Source of the DNA: Phoronis australis
Taxonomy: Eukaryota; Animalia; Phoronida
Assembly (NCBI GenBank): GCA_002633005.1
Contig: NMRA01000286.1
Coordinates: 488,478-552,477, forward strand
Reading direction: 5' to 3'
Length of the DNA stretch: 64,000 nt
Position numbers and translations under genes: made by a program
The notes under the pieces: model-generated
What the model saw: the letters and a program-made list of their open reading frames with translations, nothing else
Databases searched by the model: none
Told to the model about the DNA's origin: nothing
Part shown: positions 1 through 13,200 of the stretch, piece by piece
Position numbering within the stretch: the stretch's first letter is position 1
Layout: each line of letters opens with the position of its first letter

Positions 1-68
1 TTGTCATTTTCTTTGTATGTTCTGTGTATTCATCAATAAATATATATCACTTTCAAAAGAAAAAAAAA
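1..68 (+). mobile_element. 3' tail of a LINE, same family as the element at 48000-51732
   Basis: TTGTCATTTTCTTTGTATGTTCTGTGTATTCATCAATAAATATATATCACTT followed by an A-rich tail. It is nearly identical to 51667-51732, the 3' end of the LINE. Confidence 0.8.
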
Positions 69-1745
69 GTCCTACATGACCTAATGTAACGAAGACACAA
101 TTCGAAAATGGTCTTATAAGCTCATGCAATGAAACGTTTAGTTGAGATTGAGGCAATATTCTGGTATAACGTGCCCGCATTATAAGAACCAGTTTGGTGC
201 CTGTTATTTAGTGGGGAAAACTGGTTCTCAAAATTCGAGCACGTTATATCAGACCATTACTGAGATTGACAGCATGGTTTCTTTCGTTGAGACTGAAAAA
301 CTGCACGTCTTTTTAACTCTGATAATAGACGAGTTTTCTTGGTTTCCAAAACTGACCATCCATGAGACAGCACTAACTTTCATCGCTACTACTTGCAGTA
401 ACATTCACTCGAATGCTATCGTTGGTCCAAAGGGTAAGTTGTGAATGTACACGCAAATTAATTATTATTTTACATTACTCATATAACCAATTATTGAGTT
501 CGTAGTAGTCACTAAAGTTAAAACTTTTACGCGCACAGTTTGTTTGCGCAACTTTCTCCTCTTTGTCGTACATCGATTTTCTTGTCTAATTTGGTTACGT
601 TTTCAGTATCAAATAATTATTATAATAAAATACAAAACAAGAATGGAGAATTTTTCAAAAATATTTACTGCAAACATCTGGGGTCTGTTTTTTGAAAACT
701 GGCTCAAGACTGAAGTAAAAAAATAGTCTTACGTTCCAAACAGCTATTTCTGAAAAATGACCAAATCTCACTTTGGCAAAAATACAATTACGTCTCTGAG
801 AATATACCCTTTACTTGTAGTTACTGAGGCAATCTGAATATATTTTTTTCTTGTTTGTGATGTGGCAATAAGTGCATGGCCAAACCTTCATTCATTAATC
901 GTGACGTGAGAGTGTAAGGCGAAATTTCTGCCTCAAGTCTCAAGTCACTTTTCACAAAATGGAGCCAAATAAATATTTTTAGGATTTGCTCATCTGCTTA
1001 ATCAGAATGAAGTCCACAGTGGCTGCTATAGAGATCCAAAAATTAAATCACCAGCTCAACCTAAAAGACACTGTCAATATCGCTTGTGTCCTTACTTTCT
1101 TGGTCTTTTAAAATTTTAATTAGCCAGACTTCAAAATTGGAGCGCCCATGTTGCGTCGCAAGTGAGTTGATAATTAGAGCTTCGAAGTGTCAACAGGAAA
1201 AAATATTAGTTTCAGTTCCCTTAAGCTATTAGGTAGCAACGATCAACTCCTGGCTATTTCACCTACAATTGGATTTTATAGTGATAAAGCATTTCGACAA
1301 AACGTTGCCAGTAGAGTCTTCACTCTATTTCCGGTTAGTGGGGGAGGCAACGTACTCTCCGGAAGTAAAACGGACCTAACACCGATTCCTGTTAGTGAAT
1401 AAATGACGTCTTGGCCAAAACTGTTGGTCGCGGTTTGTTCGCAAGATCACAAAATCTGGTGCATTGCGAATACAGGAAGTACGCGTACTATTTACTGTAT
1501 TCAATGGTTCATTACAGTATAAAACTTGACGACTACCAGGAGAGACGTACGCTTTTTCATGAAGCATTAGCTAGGCTTTCACGTGGAGCTTAATACATGT
1601 GCGTATGTGCAAAGACTGTGAGCATACGATTTTTGAAAAAAAAAAATACGAATTTGAATACACGTGCATGTACCTGAATGCGCGCATGCGCTATAAATTT
1701 GTTGTCAAACTCCCACCATGTTTAATGAAACAAATCGTACCTTAC

Positions 1746-3418
1746 CTGTCAGAAACGTGGCTAAACACGAAGCATCCGACGAAGAACCCGAAGAAATAAA
1801 TTGTCTTGGAAAATGCACTCAGCCATCTGGACCCACAGACAAGATTCCACTAAAATTAAGATGTAATTTTAGAAAAGAGGCATGACGCCCCACAACACAG
1901 TACTCTGGTTGTAATTACTCTCCCAAACTGCAGTTATAATTATCAGGTCTTCGAATTTTCAATGCGGATTTGGTTATTTAGGAAAGCTAGTTTTGTATTA
2001 CTATGACTCCCACTGGCCTATGTCATTCGGAAATTTTAGAGACTGAGCAAAAATTTCAGTCAACAAATTAGTGAAAAACAACCAAGAGCAATCGTGGATG
2101 ATAAGTTAAATCCAGAAGAGCAACGTGAACCCATCCTGCAGTCTGTCTTCACCAGCAACTTTGAACAGCCACGTCGATTTCAGTTGCCCTTGTTAGGAAT
2201 CGGTGATTTACAATGAAATCACATATTTTGCTGTTTTTTGACAAGGATAGTCGAGCCTACTCCACAATTAAACCCTCAAATGCGTGCTTTGGACCATGGA
2301 ACCGACTATGCAGTTTAAAAGAGCTGCGGAGAAATCTTTCAGAATGTATTGAGATGTTTAATTGGTAAAAACAGCTTGTTCGTCATTCTGATGCAAGGGA
2401 TCGACAACTCGTCACTAAGACCATGCTCGGAGCATAAAATGACAGGCGGTGACAAGTCATCCTGTAGAGTCTGGTCTCGAACATATAACGAGAGGCCAGT
2501 AACTTCGAGTTTGAATAAGGAAACCAATTTCACAACGGTAAGTGATCAAATTCAAAAGTTGTTTTTGGGATGGAAGGTGGGTTTATAGCCTCTTTGGTGT
2601 ACGGAGAAAGCTTTCAGTTTACACGAAGTCACTTTGAAACTGTTAATGCCCAGGTTCTCCCACCCAGGTCGATTTCACACCTTCGAAACTGTCTAAGATG
2701 TCGGAATGGGCGGTATCACAAATGAGGGAAAGTGTTTCGAAAAACAGTCCACTTTTGCACATTCATTTGGGAAATCATAGAGAGAGCTGCAAATGCCCAG
2801 TCTGGCGTAAATGTAAGCACGTGGTATTGTATAAGGAGGTTTTTTAGTATAAAGGCTTGCAAAATGATGGCTGTCATCCCTAAACAATTCTAGGTATCCC
2901 TTGAATACACAATCGTGCTTAATCAACACATATTACCCATAATCCCAAGTGTTACATGTGTCAGTGCATCATACACGTACCTCCGAAACAATGGTGTTTT
3001 CGAAATTCGACTTGTCATATTTCCACTGGCCAATCGCTGATTTGCATGAAATTTTGCGTATCGTTTCCAAGTTGACGTCATAAACTGTGGTTGCATTTGT
3101 GGCATTAACATCAAATACCTCGCAGCTGCTGTAAATAATTTCACCACTTTTGTTGGTGAAGGGAATTGTGACATTTTTTGTGTCTTCATCAACCAAACAG
3201 TGGTGTGTCGGCGTGCCAGCCAGGAAAACCATCCCCATATTCTGAAATGCAACTAATATCCATAAGGACAGCAGACAACAGGATTGAATCCGTTGCGTCA
3301 AACCCCACCGTCCGATAAACTTTAAAACATCTTCGAAATGCTCGAACGTTTCTCCGTTCCTTATTATTTTGGTATCATCTTGCGAACCCTGGCAGATCGT
3401 ATCCCTACAGCATCCCAT
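1746..3418 (-). CDS. SLC22-family organic ion transporter, paralog B (exons 1-2 only; the gene continues beyond the left edge)
   Basis: Exon 1 is 3418-2981 (MGCC...FEDVLKFIGRWGLTQ...FLAGTPTHHC...SCEVF...WKYDKSNFENTIVSE, GT donor). Exon 2 is 1849-1746, 104 nt (WNLVCGSRWLSAFSKTIYFFGFFVGCFVFSHVSDR) with AG/GT boundaries. These show the typical SLC22 TM1, large extracellular loop and TM2. Exon 3 was not found in 1-1745. Confidence 0.88.
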
Positions 3419-4045
3419 CTTGGCCGTGCAAAAAGGTAGGCTGACTACTTCTTTATAACAGCGTGTGAGGCTTCTTCTTGATGTCACGTGACCAAATGAC
3501 CATTTCAGTTTATAGAGCCCACATACACAGCGTTCAATCACAAGCACTTGTCATCTCAAGTGTGTCTGCATAAAGTGAGCATAAAGCAGCACTTGAAGGA
3601 AGGGGATACATAAAAACGACGATCCGGTGAAGGTCAAAGTGATTATAGTCACACCAGTAGCCCATCCCGAGTCACTAGCGTAGCTTTTATGATCGGACAT
3701 GTGTCTATTTTAATCATAAAATGTTTATTTTGCAATTTTAATGGCTACTCTTGGTTTGCTTTTTTGCGTTAGTCAGCAAAATTCTGAAGTCAGGCTATTC
3801 AACATTTCAGTCTATTTTTTATGTCTCATGGGAATTCAAAGTGGTATTTTGACGTGAAAAATGGACCTTGTCATTTTTCAGCCGAAAACGCAATTGTGGG
3901 ATTGTTGCTGAACATACAATACAATGTTTTTTGTGATTTAATTACAAATCGCCTATTCCCATCGTCGTCTGCCAGCCTTTTGCAGAAATCAAGATCGATT
4001 TCTTCGCCATTTAGACACACTTAAAATACTTTGCTATTTAAAGCG

Positions 4046-4090
4046 TGGTTTGGCTCAGCTGTAGAGCACTCGGTTGCTAATGCACAGTAA
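4046..4090 (+). repeat. tRNA-derived SINE head fragment
   Basis: TGGCTCAGCTGTAGAGCAC resembles a tRNA D-arm/A box. No B box follows. Confidence 0.3.
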
Positions 4091-5071
4091 TCGTAGTGTT
4101 TTTCTATAAAATTGCTTTTCTCTACGAGTATGTTCCTTTAAACTTCTCAGACCCCGTGTTTCATTTCTCTGGAAATGCGGATTTCGGGTAACCCGAAAGC
4201 AATCTGTCTTGAATTGACCAAAACACGAAAGGCCTCAGTCACTTGTTTGCAGGTTTTTGTAATCTTTACAGACAATGCAGTATTTAAAGCATGGGCGCAC
4301 CCTGCCTAAAAATGAGAGGCTAGAATTTTTGAGAATGTGGATCTCTTATAGGGTACGTTCAGAACTATGAATTGTGCATCTGCCTTTTTAGTGTACTTTT
4401 GTCTCGTTTTCTATTTGCCGGACTTTTTATTTCTCTGAGGATGACCTTTTTGCCCACTTCGCCACCCCCTGGGTGCGCGCATGTAAAGGCACACGGCGAC
4501 TGTGTTACTCCTACCTCAATTCAACTTTATCCCATACGCGCTGAGTCAGTCGAGTGCAATACGGTCATCCATGTAATGATATTTTTCGTATTCACCTCCC
4601 GCAATAATTCAACAGTGACCTCTGCCATGGAAAGTTCAAATGGTAGGTCAATGTCGACTCGACGTCGTTAGCCGGTTCGATCATCAAATTTTCCGAAAAT
4701 AGTTTTAAGTAATACAATTGCAGCAGTGTAAATAACACTCGACATGCAATCCTGCCCCAGTCGTACTTTCTGGAGCAGGACTGCTAATTATAAGAAAGTT
4801 CTGTCTCAGTTTTCAAATGCTAAATAGTATATCGTCTGCAACTCAGGCGCCGATTCCTCAGTAACTACAATATCAAATATTGTTGTTATTTATCTATTTT
4901 CAGGAGATGTTACAAGTTCAATGCGTAGTTATCATTGTTTTATCTTTGTTATCTCTTTTCAAGTAATAAATCGTTATATTTAAAATTATTTCTTTTCCTA
5001 AAGAAAACTTGCAACCCAAAGCGCAAGCACATACATATAGGATGTGGTCCGCCCTAGACCTTCGGTCTCGG

Positions 5072-5242
5072 TCGATACGCGGAATGTCTCGTGAGATATA
5101 TACACAAAACGTACCGAGCGTGGCGTACATGAAATAATTTCCCACGAGACATTATTCCGCGTATCGATACGTGGATTAATATCGAGTGGGATATTATTCC
5201 ATGTACGCCACTCGAACTACCTTTTGTATTTATCCCATACGC
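5072..5242. repeat. Imperfect palindrome, probably the end of a non-autonomous DNA transposon
   Basis: GAGCGTGGCGTACATGAAATAATTTCCCAC pairs with GTGGGATATTATTCCATGTACGCCACTCG. Confidence 0.5.
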
Positions 5243-5332
5243 ATCGAATTCGTGAATTTCTTTTGTTTTCTTTCGGCATTTTACCTAATAACAACCTGTT
5301 TTGTATGTACGTGCGCGTTGTGTTGCTAACTT

Positions 5333-6315
5333 CATAGGCGGATTTAGGGGGGGGGCCCAGGGGGCCCGGACCCCCCCCTTGGCTGCCGCAAAAAAAATAA
5401 AACAGTAAGAGCGTAGGGAAATGGTGAGTTTATTGATTAACCCCGGTAATTAAAACTATACGGATGAAAAAAGATTTAAATATGTGCAGTTTTAGTGTTG
5501 GGGGGGNNNNNNNNNNNNNNNNNNNNNNNNNNNNNNNNNNNNNNNNNNNNNNNNNNNNNNNNNNNNNNNNNNNNNNNNNNNNNNNNNNNNNNNNNNNNNN
5601 NNNNNNNNNNNNNNNNNNNNNNNNNNNNNNNNNNNNNNNNNNNNNNNNNNNNNNNNNNNNNNNNNNNNNNNNNNNNNNNNNNNNNNNNNNNNNNNNNNNN
5701 NNNNNNNNNNNNNNNNNNNNNNNNNNNNNNNNNNNNNNNNNNNNNNNNNNNNNNNNNNNNNNNNNNNNNNNNNNNNNNNNNNNNNNNNNNNNNNNNNNNN
5801 NNNNNNNNNNNNNNNNNNNNNNNNNNNNNNNNNNNNNNNNNNNNNNNNNNNNNNNNNNNNNNNNNNNNNNNNNNNNNNNNNNNNNNNNNNNNNNNNNNNN
5901 NNNNNNNNNNNNNNNNNNNNNNNNNNNNNNNNNNNNNNNNNNNNNNNNNNNNNNNNNNNNNNNNNNNNNNNNNNNNNNNNNNNNNNNNNNNNNNNNNNNN
6001 NNNNNNNNNNNNNNNNNNNNNNNNNNNNNNNNNNNNNNNNNNNNNNNNNNNNNNNNNNNNNNNNNNNNNNNNNNNNNNNNNNNNNNNNNNNNNNNNNNNN
6101 NNNNNNNNNNNNNNNNNNNNNNNNNNNNNNNNNNNNNNNNNNNNNNNNNNNNNNNNNNNNNNNNNNNNNNNNNNNNNNNNNNNNNNNNNNNNNNNNNNNN
6201 NNNCCTCCCCCCATTCGGTGCTATGCGCATCTACATTTGTGGTTCAGTTTGCACAAATGCTTACAGTCGGACAAAATGTTGGCCCCCCCCTTGTGATATC
6301 CTAGATCCGCCACTG
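5333..6315. mobile_element. GC-rich MITE (GGCGGATYY...RRATCCGCC family) spanning an assembly gap
   Basis: Termini CATAGGCGGATTTAGGGGGGG and CTAGATCCGCCACTG, with poly-G/C subterminal runs. The gap lies between them, so the two ends could belong to separate copies. Confidence 0.55.
5507..6203. other. Assembly gap (N run)
   Basis: Run of N. Confidence 1.
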
Positions 6316-7259
6316 AACTTACTATAGTAAAAGAAAACAGTTTTAAATGTAACGGTTTATTACTTGAAATTGATAAAAAGTGTGAAAACGACATATTTCG
6401 GAAATAAATAAATAGCAAGACTTTTATAACATTGTAAAATCCTCATCGGGTAACTGCACTCATTCATGAAACTAGGTCATTAACCTCATGAGTACGCTCT
6501 TTTCAACTATGACGATCGCATGTTATTGGCCGGAACAGCGCCTGTACTTTGCGATGTTGATTATTCGTAAGACAGATGAAAATAAGCTTTGTGAACACTC
6601 GCCAGTTTTATCGTTTTGGAGGTTGAAAAATGGATTTTTGGCTTATTGTTAGATGGGATAGACTTTAAAGTTATCCGTTTTTACCGGGTGTATAAAACAA
6701 TAAGATCCGTTGTGTGTTTGTGATTTTATGATAGATCGCCAAATTCTCGTCATTGTGTGCCAGGCATTCGCTGAAATTAAGGCCTGTGACTTTACCAGTT
6801 AAGTACGTTTAAAATACTTTGTATGGAATTCCAAGTCTGTCACTAGTTTTTATACGAAAACACATTTGTGTTGACTGAATTAATATATTTTGTAACTGTT
6901 AAAGCGACCCCCCTGAACGCATTTCAGTCCAACCCCGAAAGGCGCTTGACCCCCAGCCATTGATTGACACGAAGTGCCTGCCTAATGGCAGTCCTTGTTA
7001 CACATTGAAATCGCCGGGAGTTGTGGACATGAAGCCCTGCAGCTCTCTCAAAATGTCGTCAATTCGCTGCCTGTCAGCCATTCTCGTGTACAAGTCTGAA
7101 TTTTACACGTGAGTGGAGGGTCAAGTGGGGGTATAATTACGCAATCGTAGTCACCTTGTGAATGTACTGCCTTCGTTCATTGGCTCGGGAATCGGAAGCC
7201 GCATCATATTCAAAAGCTCGCCTAAACATGTAAAACACGAACGCACTCACGCATAAACA

Positions 7260-7419
7260 CAGGAGCGGTTCCAGAATTTTTAGTTATAGAGGGCCAGGGC
7301 AGAGTATTAGCCATGGTTTTGCCCGTCAGATATTCGCACTCCCGAACTGCCAAATGGAATCTGGGAGAAATTTTAGGAGTGGGCATGACCCCCTTGACTC
7401 CCCCCTAAATCCGCCACTG
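7260..7419. mobile_element. Short GC-rich MITE of the same family
   Basis: Imperfect inverted termini CAGGAGCGGTTCCAG and CTAAATCCGCCACTG. Confidence 0.55.
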
Positions 7420-9825
7420 AAACGTGTGTAACCCGCACGCGTAAACATGTAAAACCTGCACGTGTTAATTAGCTATTGACAGACTTTTAATTCCAAAACT
7501 TTAGCTTGTTTCGAATGGGAGTTCATTACAACAGCATAACGCTCGACTGGGACCACGAAGGTGACGTGTTCAAATCCGCGTTGGGGCTGATTCCTCTCGC
7601 ACATGAGTTCTCTTTAGCATCAGATCTGCGTGATGATCCGACGTCTTCTTTGCCGTCTCATAAAAAATCCGCATCTGAACGCGGTATCAATAAAAGTCAA
7701 TGAACTTTCTACCAACGATAAAATTAATACTAACACTCTGACAAGATAAGCAGTAAAGTACATTTATAATTAAACACATGAAATAAACTCTTGAAAATCT
7801 ATGTCAAGAAGTCTGTATTTAAGCCACATATATCATATATATATATCATAAACAGTTATAGTTACGGCTTTTAAAAGTTCAACGCTTGTAGACAACTTCA
7901 TTACACAAAATTCAAGAGAACTGTCAGATGACATATTCCAGGTACCAGTCGCTGGGTATCACGCCAAAAGGTTCAACCATGCATCCTCTCTTCGTTAAGT
8001 TTGTCAAGGTTTTTGACACATTCCCTTAACAACACCAATTTCTACTCCCCGCAGTCACCTGCCTACTTACTGTATTAATTATTATCTCGTGCTCAACACC
8101 TATAAATTTCTGAACCACCAGTCAAATTCTGTGGCCACTACTTCTTCTTGGCTTTTAACTGACGAAGCTTCTTGGAATTGTTTGTTTGTTACACATGCCT
8201 GTGTTATGAAGGTCTAAGTTACTCTTCAACACTTTCATTGACGGGAGGCGTGTGTGGAAGTCTGTGTCATTACACAAACCTGCCCATTCTGTTATAACTA
8301 CGTCATCAGATGTTCACGTACAGTAGCACGCTTCGCCGCTGGCCGTGAAACTGTCTTGGCTTCCGCTAAAGTCGTTTCGTAACTATTTTTTGCAGAAAAA
8401 TTTCAAGATATGACACACAAAAGTCACGAAGGCACTGTTTATGTACATGTATAATAAGGACGAGTAAACATAGATATCTGTTTAAACATAGGAATACAAA
8501 ACAAACGTTAACTTTCCTAACCACATCCTCAAAATTTTTGTTGGGTAATCAAAACAATTTTCCTGTGTTTGTTACCCCGCTCACAAATTGTCTAAAACGC
8601 GTTTTCACAAGCAATTAGCTAGCATGTGTAGCAAAAGCACTTAGTCATGTGGACGGTTACAGGGGTCACTTATGCAAGCGCTTTGCCGTCGGTTTGAGTT
8701 GCCTCGCGAAGGAGCAAAAACTTTATTTATACTAAAAACGTATGACTAAATACACCAAAATTCAACTATACAAATTTAACTGAAATGTTTGACACAAAAA
8801 CATTACAAAACCTGTTATATGGTTTTCAGATATCGACTCCAATTTCATGCGTAAAAAGACATTTAGAACGTGCACAATAATAATGTTTGAAAACATTTAT
8901 TATAATTTGGGCAGCAAACGCTGCAGTTAACGAGACATAGGAACGTAAAATGACAATGAAGACACAGCCATAATTAATTGGGAATTGTTGAATATTGGTA
9001 GATCATCGTAATGCTACGCCATCGTAATGGTAATTTGTGTTCTTGTTCGACCCAAATGACGTCAATATTCCAAAACAGAAGGCGGTTTCTGACCCGTATT
9101 GGAATAAGCGTTTTTCGATTATGTCGGTGTGTCATGAACAATGTGAAAAGGCAATGAAAACTAGCGTTGCTGTGCTCTAAATTGTTTTTAGTCGGGTCCC
9201 TTGCAAGTAATTGGTTTCACCTGATCCGATGGACTAATGTTTGTTTGAACGAGCGAACTCGATTTCCGTGTATTCACTGAAATAATAAGCATTCAAGGGT
9301 ATCCACCCAACTTTCAGAATATGGAGTATACGTCGTGGAATCCCTATTGACTGCTGATGAAATCGGCAAGCGACCGCTTTCCATATTTTGTAATAGCTGG
9401 GCTTTCATATGCGTTACGTGCTTTTTTGTCCTATGGCCTTTGCTCAAAGAAAAACGTGTGCTCACTATCATATTCGTGATACGGGTAACTAAATGAGTGT
9501 CCCTCATTCTGAATACAATGATCACATAATCTCGTATACACCGACCCTTAACCCAGGTAACCTCGAAAGTGCGGTCGTCGAGCAATTAAAATTTAAAGTC
9601 GCGTTCTGCGAGTGAGGCCAGTCGAATTGAAGTCAGCACCGAGTCTCGTGGCAAACTTAGCGAGGTGATATTCGTCAATTTGGATGCTAGATGGAATCTT
9701 TTAGCCCACTAGCTGGCCAGTTTCAGTTCCCAGAAACGTTGTTTGTGAGTCCAGCTTGTCCACATTCAATTTTTCAAGTGGTTTGAGTATATAAAAATAA
9801 CAACACATTTGGTTTCTTTAAGCAA

Positions 9826-9874
9826 TTTATTTACAAAAAATCCAGAAGTGTCTGTGCTTGTATGTTCGTTTATT
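9826..9874 (-). terminator. Candidate polyadenylation signals of SLC22 paralog A
   Basis: AATAAA on the minus strand at 9874-9869 and 9831-9826, about 430-470 nt after the stop codon. Confidence 0.45.
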
Positions 9875-10299
9875 GATTTGTACCAATACGACTAAGGTAG
9901 GCCTATTTTTTAATTTTGGAGACCAACTTCGAATTGAAGTTCGTTCTAATTGATATCTAGACTAGTACATATGAGTACAATAAAGTGCAGACGCTAATAC
10001 CTAATTCATGAAGAATTTAAGTTTAAGTTTATCGGCAATAAAAGTAAAATCTGAGATCATACCCAGCACAGCTTCACACCGGCTCTTCTGACTAAATTTC
10101 ACCGGATAAAAAGCAGAATAATGGAATCGTATTTAACTGGTAGCGCGGGTCTTACATACACATGCAGCATTTGGATTTCTCGACTGAGCGCAAGTCCTAA
10201 ACATCTTGATTCTGCGTACTTTCTCAAACAAAACTCAGACTGCTGTCAGTTTCAGATTAAAATCTTGTCGCCCATTTAAAAAATGGCAAACACCCAGTC

Positions 10300-13200
10300 T
10301 TACACCTGTAGTTTGCCTTGGTTTACGAGCGGCGATAAGGAAACATCATCCTTTAGTGAGGGCTTCTTTTTATCATCTCTGTCTCTGAAAAGGAAAATTA
10401 TCAAAGGTGAAACACTAAGCTTGACTACGAAAAAACTGCACACGATCTCTATGAATAGTTATGAGCATTGTCTTACACTGACTCAGACGAGAGTTCACGA
10501 TCTTAAAAAATCCGCGGAAAAATCTTAAGTGGTAAAGTTATATTTGTTATTTACCAACATAGTACCCGAGTTCAAAATTATCTACACCCATCCACTCAAC
10601 CCAAACCCACAAACCTCTCAATCCACGCACCTGTCCATCTACTCATCCAATCTGCCCATTCACTCACCCACCAATCCGGCCAGCAATCTACCAAACCAAC
10701 CAATCACCCTTTCTTTTTTCCTTCCTTCAGTTCGTATTCCCTTCGTTTTATCCTCCCGTCCACCAATCTATCCATCCAACCAACCACGCACCCACGCACC
10801 CACCTGCCCACCCATCCATCTTTCTTTCATCCATTCCGTGCTTCTTTTCAACCTCCTTCACGATTTTTAAAGGGTATTTTTAAGATTTTTCGTGTTTCAT
10901 GCCTTTTTAAAAGAAATTCCTATATACAACACTGCAGACTGGGGAATTGACAAAAACCTGACTGTGATATACTTTTTAATTACATACTTAGTGTTTGTTT
11001 CTTAATTGTTCTTTTTTATTTTTGTTCACGTGTGTTATCAAATAAAGAAATTGAAAAATCACATTGCGATACACCAGTTTCAACTAATGAAACAATCGCG
11101 TCCCAACAAATTCATGTATACCTGCAGCGAAGTCGAATCGCGTTGATCCGCTCTGCATCTTCCAACGTGTCCACCAGGGGACGGCCGTACGTTTCCGGAA
11201 CAAGCAAGACTAAACATGCTAGTAGGAAGAAACTTGAACCAAATACAACGTACGGCAATCTTTTCGATGTCTCGGCCTACAAAAACATGTACTGTGCTCA
11301 CACATTGGCATAAGAAACGTAACTTTAATCGAGGTTGGTCGCAATAAATGTGAACACAACCCACCCCGCTGACCTGCACCGGCACTCACGGCCACTGATC
11401 CAGCCCGCCCCAGTAGGCGATATGCACCAACGTCGCTACTGCCCATGTTAACATCAGTTTTGCTTTCACGTTTCTTTCCTCCTGTACCCACCAATTTAAA
11501 AATCGACATCGTAACGCCCTACGAATGCCCAACTCGTGGACTCGTGTATTGACCTACGCGTCAACCAATCATATATATATATATGCAAGTGTCACGTATA
11601 TCGGATGATCGCCTGCTGGTTGGTGATATTGGATAGGTGCTTCCTGCTTACTGGCTGCTCTTGGTTCACTTGGCAGGTTCCGCCAGGTCGATCAGCCGGC
11701 CAAAGGCATCTGAATTGTTCTCGGCGACGACTTCCGGCCCCACAGACTAATCAGATGTTTGATCCGGCCGAACGAGCGAAGTAACTCAAGTGCAACCAGT
11801 GATAAACTCAACTCCTTGCTACAGTATTATGAAGTGATTGTATATCTACAGTTAATACTGGTGCTGCTTAGGATGGCCGCCATCATACCACCTTGCGTTT
11901 ATATTTTTTACGTTATCCGTAAAAATAAATTACCCATAAATCAAGTGATCTTATTAAATACCAAGCCAGTATCTAGTGTTGCTAAACGCGATCCTGGGCT
12001 TACCAACAACACAACGAAGGGACACAGCATGCTCCCCGCTCTTGCCCACATGGATCCAATACCCAGTCCGGTCGTCCTGATGGGGGTCGGGTACACCTCA
12101 GTCGTGTAAACATACATTAAGGCGAATAAGACTCCAGAGGTAAGTTGGCCCATAAGCGACAGCACCAAACTGGTAGTCGAAGCACCTTCAGTGAAAACAT
12201 TAGCCAAATTTGGAGTTTGTAATTTCTAGTGACAGAAAGTGAAGTACCTCTCTAATAGAATGCGATATCTTTTTCAAGAGTTTCTGTAGTTAATTTTTAC
12301 AAGGTTCAATTTTTAATTCATTAAGTTTCACTTAATTACTCAAAGCTTTACTTCATTCACCAATTCGACAAACTTCACTTTACCGCCTAAAGAAAGAGTT
12401 AGCTTGCAAAGCTATCGCATTCTACTTAGCAATACCACTTCATACTTAAAAATACTCCCTGTCTTATCATTCTGAAGAATGTTCTTGTTTCTCAAAGCCC
12501 ACATTTGAACGACTAAAAGTGCTACAAATCCGTCTTTTGTTTGATTTAGGCCTCTTACAACAGATATAACAGATCTCTCCATGTTCCATACGAACGTGAG
12601 ACAGATTTCCAGTTCGTAACTCAGCTTGGCGCTGAAAATAACCTGCTATGATATGTCTACTTGGTGGCCGCAATCTCAAGCACAGAACCGATATTTTTCA
12701 CAACCGGCTAAGTTGGTTAAGAAGAAAGCTGAGACCATTTCAATCATTACAAATCGTCTAAATTCGAAGTCAGTTTTCTTGAAGAAAGCTAGCGACAATG
12801 GGCAAAGCGCACCTGAAACCTCAACAAATTCGGCTTAAAGGTGCAGCTCAATAAATTAAACGTTTTCACTGTTTTTTTTTCTGAAAACATGTAGATCAAA
12901 TCTTGCTGCTCGCCTTCAGCTATGGCAATCTAGTACATCACACGGGTCTTACCGTCCGTAGCGATGGCGACAATGGCTGACGACATACCACCCGCTACTG
13001 CAAAAGAAATGATAGTGTAGCGACGTCTCACGTAGGTGGTAAAGAAAATGATTGGAAACCGTCCGATCTGCGGGATGCTCATCAATATGAAATTCACGTA
13101 GATATTGCCGAATAAGTTGCCGATATTGTAAGCCAGACCATAAGCAATCATGCCAACTGCGAACCAGCCGTACCAGACGATGAAGCTAGTCTTTCGAATG

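Noticed and set aside
3419-3547. N-terminal extensions of the SLC22 exon 1 ORFs (also 19637-19759)
   Set aside because: They start at GTG/TTG. The ATG of MGCC has strong Kozak context in both paralogs, so these regions are most likely 5' UTR.
5430-6327. Long ORFs in the ORF track
   Set aside because: Artefacts of the N gap (poly-X). The same applies to 27801-28547.
7920-8180. Possible very old PLE 3' end (ITPKG-like relic and a CTGACGAAG hammerhead half)
   Set aside because: Too degenerate, and the GAAA half of the core is missing.
9274-9585. 103-aa minus-strand ORF downstream of SLC22 paralog A
   Set aside because: No recognisable motif, a TTG start, and the gene model already terminates at 10300.
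12186-12225. Alternative acceptor at 12225 for SLC22 exon 7
   Set aside because: It gives phase 0, while the upstream exon ends in phase 1. The acceptor at 12185 restores the frame and has a CTAAT branch-point candidate.
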